From Gemmatimonadota bacterium (GTDB lineage: Bacteria > Gemmatimonadota > Gemmatimonadetes > Palauibacterales > Palauibacteraceae): DNA of 64,000 nt. The notes beneath the pieces are model-generated. The model did no database searches. It was not told where the DNA came from and saw only the letters and a program-made list of their open reading frames with translations. Position 1 is the stretch's first letter. The number at the start of each line of letters is the position of its first letter. Made by a program: the position numbers and the translations under genes. Location: positions 3,864 through 67,863 of the forward strand of contig JBDHAD010000006.1 in assembly GCA_039588215.1 (NCBI GenBank), read 5' to 3'. This document shows, piece by piece, positions 27,415 to 38,101 of the stretch.

Positions 27415-30400
27415 TCAACCTCCGCGCTCCAGTCGGTAGAAGAGGTCTCCGCCGGTCGCCCGACCCGTCTCTCCCTGCAGGGTCCACTTGCCCGACAGGA
27501 GATAGCGCAGCCGAAATGTCGATGCGTGGTCGAACAGGCCTATGCCGTAGGAAACGTATAAGCGCGGCGACAGGTACGTTCCGGCTACCAGCGATGCATC
27601 TTCGAGGGTTCGTCCGGCTTGGATGCCGAACTCCTCCAAACCGAAGCGGGTGCCGATTCGCGCCGCGAGGAGGTTCCCGCCTCTGATTCCGAGCGACGTC
27701 GCGGCGTTGGCCAAGCGGTTGCCTTCCGCGCTCGAGGCATCTCCGATTCGGCGCCCGAGGATCATGTACGACAGCGCCTCGCTCTCGGTCATCGGGGGCT
27801 CGGAGTACAAGGTGAGCTCGGGAGCCTTCAGCGTCCCGCCGATTCTCAGCCCCGCTGTCACATCTTCATTCTGGATGCGGCGAAACGCCTGGATGTCGAG
27901 GCCCGGGTTGTCGATGGGTCCGCCCCCGTACAGGAACCTTCCACGGTCGATCGTCAGGTTCTGCCCGTAGGCCCGGTATTGACCCTCATCGATCCTGAGC
28001 TCTCCGCTCGCCGCCGTCGTGGAGCGGGGCTCGTCCGTCACCGAGATCGTTCCCGCGAAACGGGCGGTGAGCCCAAAGCCATCGAACTCGATCTGTTCGC
28101 CGAGACTCACCCGAACCCTCGTGTGGATCGCCGGACCCCGAGCGACGGCGGCGGTGTCGTCGACGAACATCGCATCCTCGGACACGCGAACCGCGAATTC
28201 GGGGATCTCCCGCAGCCGAATGTTCGCCCGGGGGATCTCGATCTCTCCCGTGACATCCACTCGCTCGCGCGTCGCAAGGACGTCGAGCAGGGGCGATACC
28301 GCGACCTGTGCCTCCGAGGTGTTCGCGACCTCGAAGTCACGTCCTTCGATACGAAGCCGCAGGGGCGTCTCCATCTCGAGAGCGGTCCCCGCGGTGCCGG
28401 TAATCGAGACGGTGCCGTCCGACGAACGGGCACCTCCCTCGATGTGAAGCTGATCCGGCTCCACGCCACGGATAGTGAGCCCGATGTCCGTGAGCTCGAG
28501 CCCGAGCTCGGGAATCCTGGCGCGGCCCTCCACCAAGTCCAGTGATCCGGTAGTTCGAGGCCGCTCGATCGTGCCATCGGCAGCGACCTGGAGGCGCAGG
28601 GTGCCGTCGAGGTCGGACAGTGAGGGTGCGCTGGCCTCGAGTATCCCAAAATCATCGAGCCGCACAGCGACTGTCCCGGACACGGGTTGGGACTTGAGCT
28701 CGGCGCCCGGCATGGCGAAGTCGGGGAGGGAGAGTGCCGCTTGGATCGAGCCGATCTCGCGAGCTCCCTCGTCGGTGAAGCTCGCGTTTGCCTCGGCCTT
28801 CAGCCCCCGTTCATCGGCGACGGCGTCGAAACGGGGCCGTCGCACCCTCAGGGTCCCCGTATCGTCTCGCAGCGGATACCCGATGCGGATCTCCGGAGCC
28901 TGCACGGCGAGCGCTGCGCCCACGGGTTGACCCGGCGAACGGTCGGCCGTCCCGGACAGGGCGATCGTGCCCTCCACTCGCCATTCGGGCGGCAGGTAAC
29001 GCTCGAGCCGGGAGAGTGAAAAGCCGCTGAGCGCCAAGCGCCCGGCCACACCCCCGTCACGAGCCCAGGACCCGCTTGTGCACAGACTCGCGGGGTCCGA
29101 GAGCAGGCATAGCGAGTCGATGCGCGCTCGGAGCCCGCTCGCCTCGATCGTGGTCGGGCGGGCGATTCTCCAGTCCCCGAGGTCTGTCCGCGCGTCGAGC
29201 CGCGACAGGGTGCCGGTCCATTCCGACCCCGGGGAAAGCCCACCCGTGAGTTCGAGCTGTACGTCACCCAACTCGCTCCGCAGTTCGCCCGAGATCATGT
29301 GGGCTGCGCGGGTCCCCGAGCTATTGATGGCGAGGCGGTTCACGCTTCGATCACCGATCTGTAGTCCGCGGGCGTCCAGCTCGAACGCCACGGGCGCCTC
29401 GGGGCGCAGGTTCACGTCGGCTCCAGCGCTCACGCGCTCCGCGGCATACCCAGCGACCGAGACGTCTTCGGCCTCCAGCGTGCCCTCGAGGACCGGTTCC
29501 AGGCGCGTACCTCCCAGATGACCGCGAGCCCGTACTGCCCCTGACGCATCGGGAATCGCGAGACCGAGGTCGGGCACGTCGAGCTCGAGATCGAGCGTGA
29601 TCCGAGGGCCGTCCAGCTCACCTGCTGCGCGGGCCGTCGCGGCGCCCCACGCCGACACCAGGCGCTCGAGGCGCCAGCGCTCGCCCTGCACTTCGACGGC
29701 GGCCGAGGCGTCGAGCCGCTCCCCTCGCAGCGTGCCTTCCAGGCGATGCAGATCAAGTCGGCCTTCGAGCCCTCCGGAGACCGAGCGCCCCGACACACCC
29801 GCGCTGAAGCTCAGCTGCCCCGGCCAGCGGGCGGAATCGGGCACCAGCGAGGCGATGTCCAGTCGGTCGCCATCCATGCCGAACGTCCATCCGACGACCG
29901 GACTCCACCGCACCTCACCTTTCCCCCGGATGCGTCCCCCCAGCACCGCCGCGTCGAGCTCGGATACCACGAATCGGACGGCGTCACCCCGACCCCCGAT
30001 CGAAAGACTCGCATCCGGCAGCCCCCGGCCGCGGATCGACCCGTTGGCCCGGACGGTGTACGCATCGGTGGTCCCCTCGATCGAGGCGCGTCCTCTCGGG
30101 CTGGTGGCAACGGGCTCCCCGCGCAGGGGCCATTGAAGGAACGCCCACCGCGCCGCGAGATCGAATCGGGGTGCCGCATCGCCGAGGTTGACCGATCCTG
30201 TGGCCCGCGCGTACCCCGGGGCGCCAGGCACCCGAATCTCCAACGAGTCGAGGACCAACTCCGCCCCGCGGCGCTCGGCGGTACCTCCCCCCCGAATCCG
30301 TCCCCAGCGTTCGGAACGCACGTCGAAGGATCCTTGCACTCGCAAGGCGGTGATAGACCCCCGGACCGACACCTCTGTATCCAGAGCGAGCGGCTCCAGG

Positions 30401-31332
30401 GCTGGGCTCAGGTCGGAAGTCTGCAGGCCGGTGAGCGAGACTCGGGCGTCTACGCCCAGGTCGGAGATGGCGTCCCGAACCCGGGCGTCCACACGCGCCC
30501 CGAAGGGGGACTCCGCCTCCAGAACAACGACGAGATCATCGAGGTCGCCCGAGATCGATCCCCAGCCGTGCACCATCCTGTCGGCCGGGGTCAGCGCCCT
30601 CCAGGAGCCCTCTACGTGAACAGGATACGTTCCCTGCGGCCGGATTCCACCGCGTACTACGAACCCGCCGGTGGGAGCGGCGACCATGAGCCGCTCGAGA
30701 CCCAGGCTGTCGCGCGTCGCCGCCACTTCGGCCTCGACACGATCGATGTCGATGGGCTCCGCCTCCCCAGATCGGAGCAACCGGAGGCGGCGGACGCTCA
30801 CGTCCGGCACGGAAACCGCGACCGGAAGGCGGATGTCGGGCAAGCTCCGCGCAGTATCGCCGACGTCGGGGCGAGCTGGCTCGGCCGCGTCGATCCAACT
30901 CACCTCGACGGCAGCGAGGGAGAGTTTGGAGAGAGCCAGCTCCCTCGCCAGCAGTCGCATGGGTCGCCACTCGACCCGAGCGCTATCGATTCGCACCACC
31001 CACTGCTCGCCTACGGCTCTAATCCCATAGACGGCGAGCGGGCCTCGCAGTCTGCCCTCCACCCGGCCGAACTCGACAGGAATTGGCGAGCGGGCGGCCA
31101 ACTGGCGCAGCAGCCACTCTGCCCCGGGGCGCGTGGACGTCAGGGCCCAAAACGTCATGGCGCTGGCAGCCAGGATCGCGATCGCACCGACGAGGATGAC
31201 TCGAGCCAGCCGACGCCGCGGGCGCCCTCTGGTACCGCTTCCAGTCCCCGATGTGACGTCGTCGATCGGATGTCCGCCTGTCGCGCTGTCGCCCTCGGCG
31301 GGGCTACGTCCCGATCCAGTCTCGTCGCTCAC
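27415..31332 (-). CDS. tamB: Translocation and assembly module protein TamB (DUF490 C-terminus)
   Basis: N-terminal anchor RLARVILVGAIAILAASAMTFWAL and a very long beta-rich body. DUF490-like C-terminus: ...GLRIGGTLKAPELTLYSEPPMTESEALSYMILGR...YLSPRLYVSYGIGLF...RLRYLLSGKWTLQ. GTG 31330-31332 overlaps the tamA TGA (31329-31331) as GTGA. The track ORF's extension to 31884 lies inside tamA in another frame. Confidence 0.8.
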   Translation of the reverse strand: MSDETGSGRSPAEGDSATGGHPIDDVTSGTGSGTRGRPRRRLARVILVGAIAILAASAMTFWALTSTRPGAEWLLRQLAARSPIPVEFGRVEGRLRGPLAVYGIRAVGEQWVVRIDSARVEWRPMRLLARELALSKLSLAAVEVSWIDAAEPARPDVGDTARSLPDIRLPVAVSVPDVSVRRLRLLRSGEAEPIDIDRVEAEVAATRDSLGLERLMVAAPTGGFVVRGGIRPQGTYPVHVEGSWRALTPADRMVHGWGSISGDLDDLVVVLEAESPFGARVDARVRDAISDLGVDARVSLTGLQTSDLSPALEPLALDTEVSVRGSITALRVQGSFDVRSERWGRIRGGGTAERRGAELVLDSLEIRVPGAPGYARATGSVNLGDAAPRFDLAARWAFLQWPLRGEPVATSPRGRASIEGTTDAYTVRANGSIRGRGLPDASLSIGGRGDAVRFVVSELDAAVLGGRIRGKGEVRWSPVVGWTFGMDGDRLDIASLVPDSARWPGQLSFSAGVSGRSVSGGLEGRLDLHRLEGTLRGERLDASAAVEVQGERWRLERLVSAWGAATARAAGELDGPRITLDLELDVPDLGLAIPDASGAVRARGHLGGTRLEPVLEGTLEAEDVSVAGYAAERVSAGADVNLRPEAPVAFELDARGLQIGDRSVNRLAINSSGTRAAHMISGELRSELGDVQLELTGGLSPGSEWTGTLSRLDARTDLGDWRIARPTTIEASGLRARIDSLCLLSDPASLCTSGSWARDGGVAGRLALSGFSLSRLERYLPPEWRVEGTIALSGTADRSPGQPVGAALAVQAPEIRIGYPLRDDTGTLRVRRPRFDAVADERGLKAEANASFTDEGAREIGSIQAALSLPDFAMPGAELKSQPVSGTVAVRLDDFGILEASAPSLSDLDGTLRLQVAADGTIERPRTTGSLDLVEGRARIPELGLELTDIGLTIRGVEPDQLHIEGGARSSDGTVSITGTAGTALEMETPLRLRIEGRDFEVANTSEAQVAVSPLLDVLATRERVDVTGEIEIPRANIRLREIPEFAVRVSEDAMFVDDTAAVARGPAIHTRVRVSLGEQIEFDGFGLTARFAGTISVTDEPRSTTAASGELRIDEGQYRAYGQNLTIDRGRFLYGGGPIDNPGLDIQAFRRIQNEDVTAGLRIGGTLKAPELTLYSEPPMTESEALSYMILGRRIGDASSAEGNRLANAATSLGIRGGNLLAARIGTRFGLEEFGIQAGRTLEDASLVAGTYLSPRLYVSYGIGLFDHASTFRLRYLLSGKWTLQGETGRATGGDLFYRLERGG

Positions 31333-33083
31333 AGGTCCGGCCCGATCGTGAAGTGTAGTCGAAAGGGCGACCCATCGCGGCTGATGGCGAAGGCCGCATC
31401 GAGACGAATTATTCCGACCGGTGACAACCACCGGATCCCGCCTCCGAGGCCCCGCTCCAGGCGTCCCTCGAATCCGTCCAGCGCGTTTCCCGCGTCGAAG
31501 AAGGCCGCGATGCCCCAGCGTTCGAGGGGGAGAAACTCCACTTCGGCGCTTCCTGCGAGCAGCGAGTTTCCGCCGATCACATTCGCCTCTTCGTCGAGCG
31601 GCCCGAGCGCTTGGTACCGAAAGCCGCGCACGCTCTGATCTCCCCCGGCGAAGAAACGCGCCGTGGGGGGGAGCCGTCTGAAAGCGGGGGTGAACAAACG
31701 GCCAACGTCGGCCCGCGCAAGAAGACGTATCCGGCGCCCCACCGGCACAATGAGCTTGCCGCCGACAGAGAGGCGTAACATGGTGGTGCTCGATATCACG
31801 GCTTCGTGCCCGGCCTCGATCCGGGTGCGAACGCTGTATCCTCTGCGCGGGAACGCGGGGTCGTCGGCTTCGGTCCGTGACCATGCCCCACCCAGCGTGA
31901 GAAGGCTCGCCCGCCCGTCATCGACCCCCACCTCGAAGCCTTCCTCCACGAACGACAGCGACAGCACCTCACGCCAGGCCCCCCTGTCGTGTCCGACGCT
32001 CGCCACCAGGCGGAGTGATCGGCTCGTGCTCGTCTCGGTGTCGAGCCTCGCGACGCCGGCCGAAAGACCCAGCACCCGCGTGCTCGGGTAGACACTCGGG
32101 ATCAGGTAGCTGGTGGTGATACTCTGCTCGATGACCGAAGCCGTGACGCGGCCTTCTGCTCGGTGACCGCGGCGGTTCAACCTTCGGAGCTCGATCTCGA
32201 AGCTCCCACGCGGACCCGTATTGGTGCCGTAGCCGACCCCGATGCCGTAACGGTGCGTCGGACGCGGCAGCAGCGTGACCTGGATGGGGATTTCGAGGCC
32301 CTCCGCGAGGTCCCGTCGGGGCACGACTTCGACGAGCGAGAAGTAGGGTCCGCCGCTCAGCCGAGCCTGAAGTCGCAGCAGCGCATGCAGCTCGAAGGGC
32401 GCGCCTCTTTCGAATGTCACATATGCCTGGAGGAGCTCGGGATCCAGTACGTGCTGCTCGAAACGAACCTCTCCGAACCGGAAACGAGGACCCGTGCGGA
32501 AATCGAGGAACACCACGGCGGTGTCGGCCTCCCGATCGATCCTCAGCTCATGTCTCTCGAAGCGAGCGTCCAGGTACCCTCGCTCGAGGGCCGCATCCAC
32601 CAAGGACCGCTTTCCCTGTTCGTAGAGGCCCTGGTGCAGGCCCGAGCCCCGAGCGAGCGGAAAGCGTTCCACCGCGTCGATGAGGGTGGGTTCCTCCGCT
32701 CCCTCGCCTCCTACCTGAACGGTGACGCCGGTGAGGATGACCCTGGCGCCGGGGTCGATCGTGTACCGCGCGGACCACCGGTTCTCGGTGCGGACGATCT
32801 CCGGCCAAACCTCGACGTGGTAGTGGCCGAAGGGCTCGAGCGCGAGCGCGATCTCGCGAGGTGCGCGTGCGTGCAGTCTCGCGACGCGCTCATCCGTGAG
32901 GCGCTCGGCCAGGGATTCTCGGGCAATCGACAGGACGGCCAGCACGTTCTGACGCAGCTCGCCGCTCACGCCGGCGAGCTCGACGTCGACGCGTGACTGC
33001 CCACCCGCGCCGCTCGCGACCACAGCGGTCAGGGCCAGTGAGACGAGCCCTGTAGCGGCAGGGCGGTGGAGCCCTTCTCTCAT
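31329..33083 (-). CDS. tamA: Omp85-family outer-membrane protein TamA (POTRA plus beta-barrel)
   Basis: Signal peptide and POTRA-like N-terminus (VELAGVSGELRQNVLAVLSI...), then an Omp85 barrel (FFAGGDQSVRGFRYQALGP ... GLGGGIRWLSPVGIIRLD). It lies immediately upstream of tamB. ATG at 33081-33083; the track start at 33089 is TTG. Confidence 0.8.
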   Translation of the reverse strand: MREGLHRPAATGLVSLALTAVVASGAGGQSRVDVELAGVSGELRQNVLAVLSIARESLAERLTDERVARLHARAPREIALALEPFGHYHVEVWPEIVRTENRWSARYTIDPGARVILTGVTVQVGGEGAEEPTLIDAVERFPLARGSGLHQGLYEQGKRSLVDAALERGYLDARFERHELRIDREADTAVVFLDFRTGPRFRFGEVRFEQHVLDPELLQAYVTFERGAPFELHALLRLQARLSGGPYFSLVEVVPRRDLAEGLEIPIQVTLLPRPTHRYGIGVGYGTNTGPRGSFEIELRRLNRRGHRAEGRVTASVIEQSITTSYLIPSVYPSTRVLGLSAGVARLDTETSTSRSLRLVASVGHDRGAWREVLSLSFVEEGFEVGVDDGRASLLTLGGAWSRTEADDPAFPRRGYSVRTRIEAGHEAVISSTTMLRLSVGGKLIVPVGRRIRLLARADVGRLFTPAFRRLPPTARFFAGGDQSVRGFRYQALGPLDEEANVIGGNSLLAGSAEVEFLPLERWGIAAFFDAGNALDGFEGRLERGLGGGIRWLSPVGIIRLDAAFAISRDGSPFRLHFTIGPDL

Positions 33084-33110
33084 TGGCAATGGAACCGACT
33101 AGAGGCGACC

Positions 33111-34418
33111 TCAAGATCCACCGGCGAAGATGGCTTCGCGGTCTACAATTTCGCCGTGGTGGATCACCATGTCGATGCGCTGCGTGTTGGCGATCTCCTC
33201 GATCGGTGAGGCCTCCAAGACGACGAGGCTTGCCACGCTGCCCTCCGTGACACCTACCTCGCGCCCGAGGAACTCTCCCGCCCTGGTCGTCGCTGCGGAG
33301 AGCGCCTGCCACTTGGTCAAGCCCGCCTCGACCATGATCGCGAGCTCGCGGTGGACCGAAAACCCCTGAATGGTGCCCCAGTTGCCGGAGTCCGTCCCGG
33401 CCAGGACGTTCACGCCGGCGTCCGCCATCGCCTTCACGGAGCTCAGGATGGTCGCCCGCCGTCCCTTCGCCTCCGCCGCCATCTCCTCCGCGTGGGCCCG
33501 GACCTCGTCCGTCCGGTATGCCTCTATGATCCGTTCACTGGTGAGCGCCCGCGCGAGCGGATTGTCGAGAACCGTCGTGTCGGTCACGAAGGCGCGGAAG
33601 TCGGTCTCCACGGCGAGGGTCGGTATGCTGGATACGCCTCTGGACGCCATTAGCTCGGCCAGCTCCGTCGGGATCACCTCGGAAAACGGAACGTGGGTCA
33701 CGGCCGACGCGCCCAGCTCTACGGCGTCGCGCACATCGTCCCACGTGTTGATGTGGATGACTGTCCGGATGCCGTTTTCGGTGGCTGTGGCGATCGCGGC
33801 CGCCAGGGTCTCCCTGTCGATCGAGGGCATTCGACCGGCGGGCGCATAGACGATTTTGACCACGTCCGGTCGCTTGGTGGCCAGGTCGGCCACGACCCGG
33901 CGCGCGTCTTCCGGCGAATCCATCACCCGCGTGGGGGTACCGTATTCGGTGCAGTGCCCCTCGGTCGCCGTGAGACACGACAGGCTAGCGTACAGATCCG
34001 CTCCCCCTACCTCCCCGGCCTGCTGCCGTTCCCGCAGGGCGTAAAGGGATTGCTCGCTTCCGAACAGATCCAGGAAGGCGGTCACACCCGCGTACAGCAT
34101 GCGGTTGGCGATGACGGGGGTGCCGGGTCCCTCGAAGGCGTCTCCGGGCGCCATGTTGCCGTACGAGTGCGTGTGAAGGTCGATGAGCCCGGGGATGACC
34201 CACTTGCCGCCTAGATCGACCGTCTCTCCGGCGAAATCCGCGGGGGCGCGCTCGGGGCTTCCGGCGATCCGCCCGTCCAGGATCAGCAGATTGCCGTCAC
34301 GCACCTGCTCCGCAGCGGGGTCCACGATCCGGGCGTTGGTGAGAAACAGGTCTTGCGCCGTCACGCCCGACGCGACCCACAGAATCAGGACGAGGGTGGC
34401 CAGGATGGCTCGCTTCAT
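33111..34418 (-). CDS. Amidohydrolase family protein (secreted)
   Basis: MKRAILATLVLILWVASGVTA signal peptide, FLTNARIVDP...GKWVIPGLIDLHTHS metal site, and GTDSGN near the C-terminal part. Confidence 0.85.
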   Translation of the reverse strand: MKRAILATLVLILWVASGVTAQDLFLTNARIVDPAAEQVRDGNLLILDGRIAGSPERAPADFAGETVDLGGKWVIPGLIDLHTHSYGNMAPGDAFEGPGTPVIANRMLYAGVTAFLDLFGSEQSLYALRERQQAGEVGGADLYASLSCLTATEGHCTEYGTPTRVMDSPEDARRVVADLATKRPDVVKIVYAPAGRMPSIDRETLAAAIATATENGIRTVIHINTWDDVRDAVELGASAVTHVPFSEVIPTELAELMASRGVSSIPTLAVETDFRAFVTDTTVLDNPLARALTSERIIEAYRTDEVRAHAEEMAAEAKGRRATILSSVKAMADAGVNVLAGTDSGNWGTIQGFSVHRELAIMVEAGLTKWQALSAATTRAGEFLGREVGVTEGSVASLVVLEASPIEEIANTQRIDMVIHHGEIVDREAIFAGGS

Positions 34419-34580
34419 CGCTTGGGCTCCTGGTTGGGCGTTGGCTGTGTGCTACGAATCCGTGGACGTTGCCTCGGCTGCGCTCGCTCCGCTGCAACCG
34501 TGCGTTCTCTGTTACGCGCGGGCCGTCCGCCGGTTTCGCCCGCCTTCCGAGCCCACCGCCGAGACGCTACGCTTCGGCGC

Positions 34581-35234
34581 ATGGATTTCATCTTCGAGCA
34601 GATTCGAACCGGCGGCGATCGGAACTTCGGCTATCTGATCGGTGACCGCCCGGCGGGCGTCGCGGCGCTCGTCGACCCCTCCTACGATCCCGCCGCTCTG
34701 GTCGAGCGCGCCACCACCCAAGGGCTCGAGGTCGAACTGATCCTCAACACGCATGGACACGGGGATCACACCAATGGGAACGATCGGGCCAAGGAGTTGA
34801 CCGGGGCTCCCATCGCCGCGCACGAGAGTGCATATCCGCCCCCGGAGGTCCCGCTGGTGGACGGTCAGATCCTCCAGCTCGGGTCGTTGGAGCTCCGGAT
34901 CCTCCACGTGCCGGGACACGCGGACGACCACGTGCTGGTCCACGTCGCAGAGCACCGGGTGGCAATCACCGGTGATCTCCTGTTCGTGGGCAAGATCGGG
35001 GGCACCGGCACCGAAGACGCGGCGCGCGCGGAGTATGGAAGCCTGCATCGGGTCCTGGAGGAACTTCCCGACGACACCACGATCTGGCCCGGGCACGACT
35101 ACGGCTGCCGCCCCTCCTCGACCATCATGCTGGAGAAGGCGGTCAACCCGTTTCTGCGCTGCGATGACTTCGAGAGCTTCCTCGAGCTCAAAAGACGGTG
35201 GCCGGTCTTCAAGGAGGAACACGGCCTGGCGTAG
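34581..35234 (+). CDS. MBL-fold metallo-hydrolase
   Basis: MDFIFEQIRTGGDRNFGYLIGD...ILNTHGHGDHTNGN (HxHxDH)...HVPGHADDH...GHDY. ATG at 34581. Confidence 0.85.
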   Translation: MDFIFEQIRTGGDRNFGYLIGDRPAGVAALVDPSYDPAALVERATTQGLEVELILNTHGHGDHTNGNDRAKELTGAPIAAHESAYPPPEVPLVDGQILQLGSLELRILHVPGHADDHVLVHVAEHRVAITGDLLFVGKIGGTGTEDAARAEYGSLHRVLEELPDDTTIWPGHDYGCRPSSTIMLEKAVNPFLRCDDFESFLELKRRWPVFKEEHGLA

Positions 35235-35302
35235 GGACCAGACTCAGCGCGCCCGGCCCCTACGCGTTTGGGAGCTGGCCCGCCACCGCTACCGAGGGTG
35301 GG

Positions 35303-38101
35303 TCACCCCGGCGGCTGGCGCATCACGCCCGGGATATCCTTGCGGCTCGGTAGCCAGGTAGCGGGTACCTTACGCATTCGGATGCGGGCATCGACGACGC
35401 AGATCCCGTCGCCCGGCTCGCGGACGATGACCGGATTCAGATCCATCTCCACGATCTCGGGGAGATGCTCCACTAGTGCCGATACTCGAAGGATGGCCTC
35501 CTGCACGGCCTCGACATCGCCTCGTGGGCTGCCCCGGTACCCCTCCAGCAATTTCGCGCCGCGTACCTCGCCGATCATGGTCACAGCGTCGCGGTCCGAG
35601 ACGGGGTGGATGCGGAACGCCACGTCCCGCATCAGCTCCACGTAGATCCCGCCAATCCCGAACACGATGAGCGGCCCGAAGACCGGATCCTCCGTCATCC
35701 CGATGATGACCTCGTGCCCGCCTTCGATGAACTGCTGAATCAGTGCGCCCTCTGCGTCCGGCGCGATCGCGGTGACCGCCCGGTATGCCTGGCGAACATC
35801 CCGGGCACCGCGCACGTCCAGCGCCACGCCATCCACATCGGATTTGTGTACCACCGAGGGCGCGAGGACCTTGAGAGCCACGGATCCGCCGAGCTTTTCG
35901 GCGATGGCAGCGGCTTCATCGGGTGAGCGGGCGATCCCACCCCTGACGGTCGTGAGACCGAAGGCGCCCAGGACCTCGTTGACCGCATCCGGCTCCAACC
36001 AACCACCGTCTGGACCGAGCGCCTCCAGCGCAGCATCCACCACGGCGTGTGCCTTGGCCGACTCCACGTCCTCGAAGGTCACGTGCTCGCCTTCGGGACG
36101 ATCGCGCCACTCCCCGTATTTCACCGCGGCGGCAAGGGCTCGCGCGGCGGGCTCCGGATAGGGGTACATGGGGATTCCACCCTGGCTGGACCCCTGTCCG
36201 CGAGGCAATCCGCCGGACTGCATGATCACGCCCAGGAGCGTCTTGTCCTGGCCATTGGTCTCCGCCACGCTTCGTACCGCGTCGGCAACGTACTCGCCGC
36301 TGCCGATCACGGTCGAAATGTAGATGACGATCACCGAGTCGACCTCGTCGCTGTTCAGGAGCGCACGCAGACACGCGGAGTACTGATCCGGCTTGGCCGA
36401 AGCGATCATGTCCACGGGATTGGTCGTCGACGCTGCGGCCGGCAGCCACTGTCCCAGCTCGCTCTGGAGCTTCTTCGAAAACTCCGGTATCTCGAGCCCG
36501 TGCGCCGAGAGCGCGTCCGCACACAGGATCCCGAGGCCGCCGGCGTTGGTGAGCACCGCAACGCGTCGGCCCGCCGGAACCGGTTGGTGCGCCATGAGGG
36601 TCGCCAAGTCGAACATATCGGGGAGCGACTCGGCCCGGATCACGCCCGCGTCCTGGAACAACGCTTCGACCGCCACCTCCACGTTTGCCATGGATCCCGT
36701 GTGGCTGGCGGCGGCCCGGGCCCCGGCCGCGGATCGTCCCGATTTCACCGCGATGATGGGCTTCTTGCGGCCTACGCGGCGTGCCAGCCGTCCGAATCGG
36801 CGCGGGTTCCCGAACGACTCCAGATACAGGAGGATCACGTCGGTCGCCGGATCGTCCTCCCAGAACAGGAGGAGGTCGTTCCCACCCACGTCCCCTTTGT
36901 TGCCGACCGACACGAACGACGAGATGCCGATCCCGAGCTCGGCGGCCTGCTGGATGATGGCCAGGCCGAGGGCGCCGCTCTGGCTCGACATGGCCACGTT
37001 GCCGTCGATCGGGAAGATGGGACCGAACTGGCCGTTGAGGCGGACCTCCGGATCGGTGTTCACGAGACCCATACAGTTCGGACCCACCATGCGCATGCCC
37101 GCCGCGCGCACGGTCTCGACCAGTTCCCGCTCCAAGGCGCGGCCCTCTTCGCCCGTCTCGGCGAACCCGGCCGAGATCACCACGATGGCCTTCACGCCTG
37201 CGTCGGCGCATTCCTGGACGACGCCGATCACGTACTTGGCCGGCGTCACGATGAAGGCCAGGTCGACCTGCTCCGGCACCTCGCCGATGGTGGGGTACGC
37301 CCGCACGGAGCGAACCACACCCGCGCTCGGATTCACCGGGTACACGGGTCCGGCGAAGCCGGTGCCGAGGAGGTTGGCGAACAGTTGTCCCCCGATCGAA
37401 GAGGGGTCTCGGCTCGCCCCGATCACGGCCACCGATTTCGGTCGAAACAGTCCGCTCAACGAGGTCGAGATCGCCCACTTCTCGTGGTCCGCCTCTGCCC
37501 GGCGGGCGGCCTCGGTGTATTGGGTGGGGATCTCCAGCTCGAACACGCCCTCGCCCAGCTCGCGCCGTACGTCGTAACCGGAGTCGCGGAACACGCGAAG
37601 CATCCTCTCGTTCTCCGCCAGCACGAATGCCCGGAAGCGGGAGACGTCGTGCATACGTGCGTGGGCGGACAGGAGCCGGAGCAAGTGCGTCCCGATCCCG
37701 CGCCCCTGGTAGGCGTCCTCTACCAGGAATGCGACCTCGGCGACACCGCCGGTCGTGTGGGGCTCCGCCTCTTCAACGCCGGCGGGCTCCTCCTCCTCGA
37801 TCAGGTCGTAGCCACCCACCGCGATCATCTCATCGTCGTGGATCGCCACGAAGGCCATGCGGCTCTCGTAGTCGACGTGCGTGAAGTAAGAGAGCTCCTC
37901 CTCCGTGAGCTCGGGCTTGACCGTGAAGAAGCGGAAATAGGAGCTCTCCGGGCTCACGCGCTTGATGAAGCGCGCCTCGAGCTCGGCGTCCTCGGGCCGT
38001 ATCGGGCGTATGCGAACCACGGTCCCGTCTCGGAGCGCGACATCGACGTCGAACTCGCGCGGGTAACCGGGAGCTTCGGTCTCCATCTCTATCGTAGCCA
38101 C
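35303..38101 (-). CDS. Bifunctional GNAT N-acetyltransferase / ADP-forming acyl-CoA synthetase family protein
   Basis: N-terminal GNAT (VRIRPIRPEDAELEARFIKRVSPESSYFRFF...AFLVEDAYQGRGIGTHLL). This is followed by CoA-binding RPKSVAVIGASRDPSSIGG, a ligase-CoA region retaining AASHTGSMA (phosphohistidine loop), and an ATP-grasp tail. GTG 38099-38101 has GGGGAG 6 nt upstream. Confidence 0.85.
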   Translation of the reverse strand: MATIEMETEAPGYPREFDVDVALRDGTVVRIRPIRPEDAELEARFIKRVSPESSYFRFFTVKPELTEEELSYFTHVDYESRMAFVAIHDDEMIAVGGYDLIEEEEPAGVEEAEPHTTGGVAEVAFLVEDAYQGRGIGTHLLRLLSAHARMHDVSRFRAFVLAENERMLRVFRDSGYDVRRELGEGVFELEIPTQYTEAARRAEADHEKWAISTSLSGLFRPKSVAVIGASRDPSSIGGQLFANLLGTGFAGPVYPVNPSAGVVRSVRAYPTIGEVPEQVDLAFIVTPAKYVIGVVQECADAGVKAIVVISAGFAETGEEGRALERELVETVRAAGMRMVGPNCMGLVNTDPEVRLNGQFGPIFPIDGNVAMSSQSGALGLAIIQQAAELGIGISSFVSVGNKGDVGGNDLLLFWEDDPATDVILLYLESFGNPRRFGRLARRVGRKKPIIAVKSGRSAAGARAAASHTGSMANVEVAVEALFQDAGVIRAESLPDMFDLATLMAHQPVPAGRRVAVLTNAGGLGILCADALSAHGLEIPEFSKKLQSELGQWLPAAASTTNPVDMIASAKPDQYSACLRALLNSDEVDSVIVIYISTVIGSGEYVADAVRSVAETNGQDKTLLGVIMQSGGLPRGQGSSQGGIPMYPYPEPAARALAAAVKYGEWRDRPEGEHVTFEDVESAKAHAVVDAALEALGPDGGWLEPDAVNEVLGAFGLTTVRGGIARSPDEAAAIAEKLGGSVALKVLAPSVVHKSDVDGVALDVRGARDVRQAYRAVTAIAPDAEGALIQQFIEGGHEVIIGMTEDPVFGPLIVFGIGGIYVELMRDVAFRIHPVSDRDAVTMIGEVRGAKLLEGYRGSPRGDVEAVQEAILRVSALVEHLPEIVEMDLNPVIVREPGDGICVVDARIRMRKVPATWLPSRKDIPGVMRQPPG

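Noticed and set aside
29746-31884. 630-aa plus-strand ORF antisense to tamB, and the 5' extension of the tamB ORF from 31333 to 31884
   Set aside because: The antisense translation is R/P/S-rich. The extension lies inside tamA in another frame, whereas GTG 31330-31332 forms a GTGA junction with the tamA stop and is followed by the expected TamB membrane anchor.
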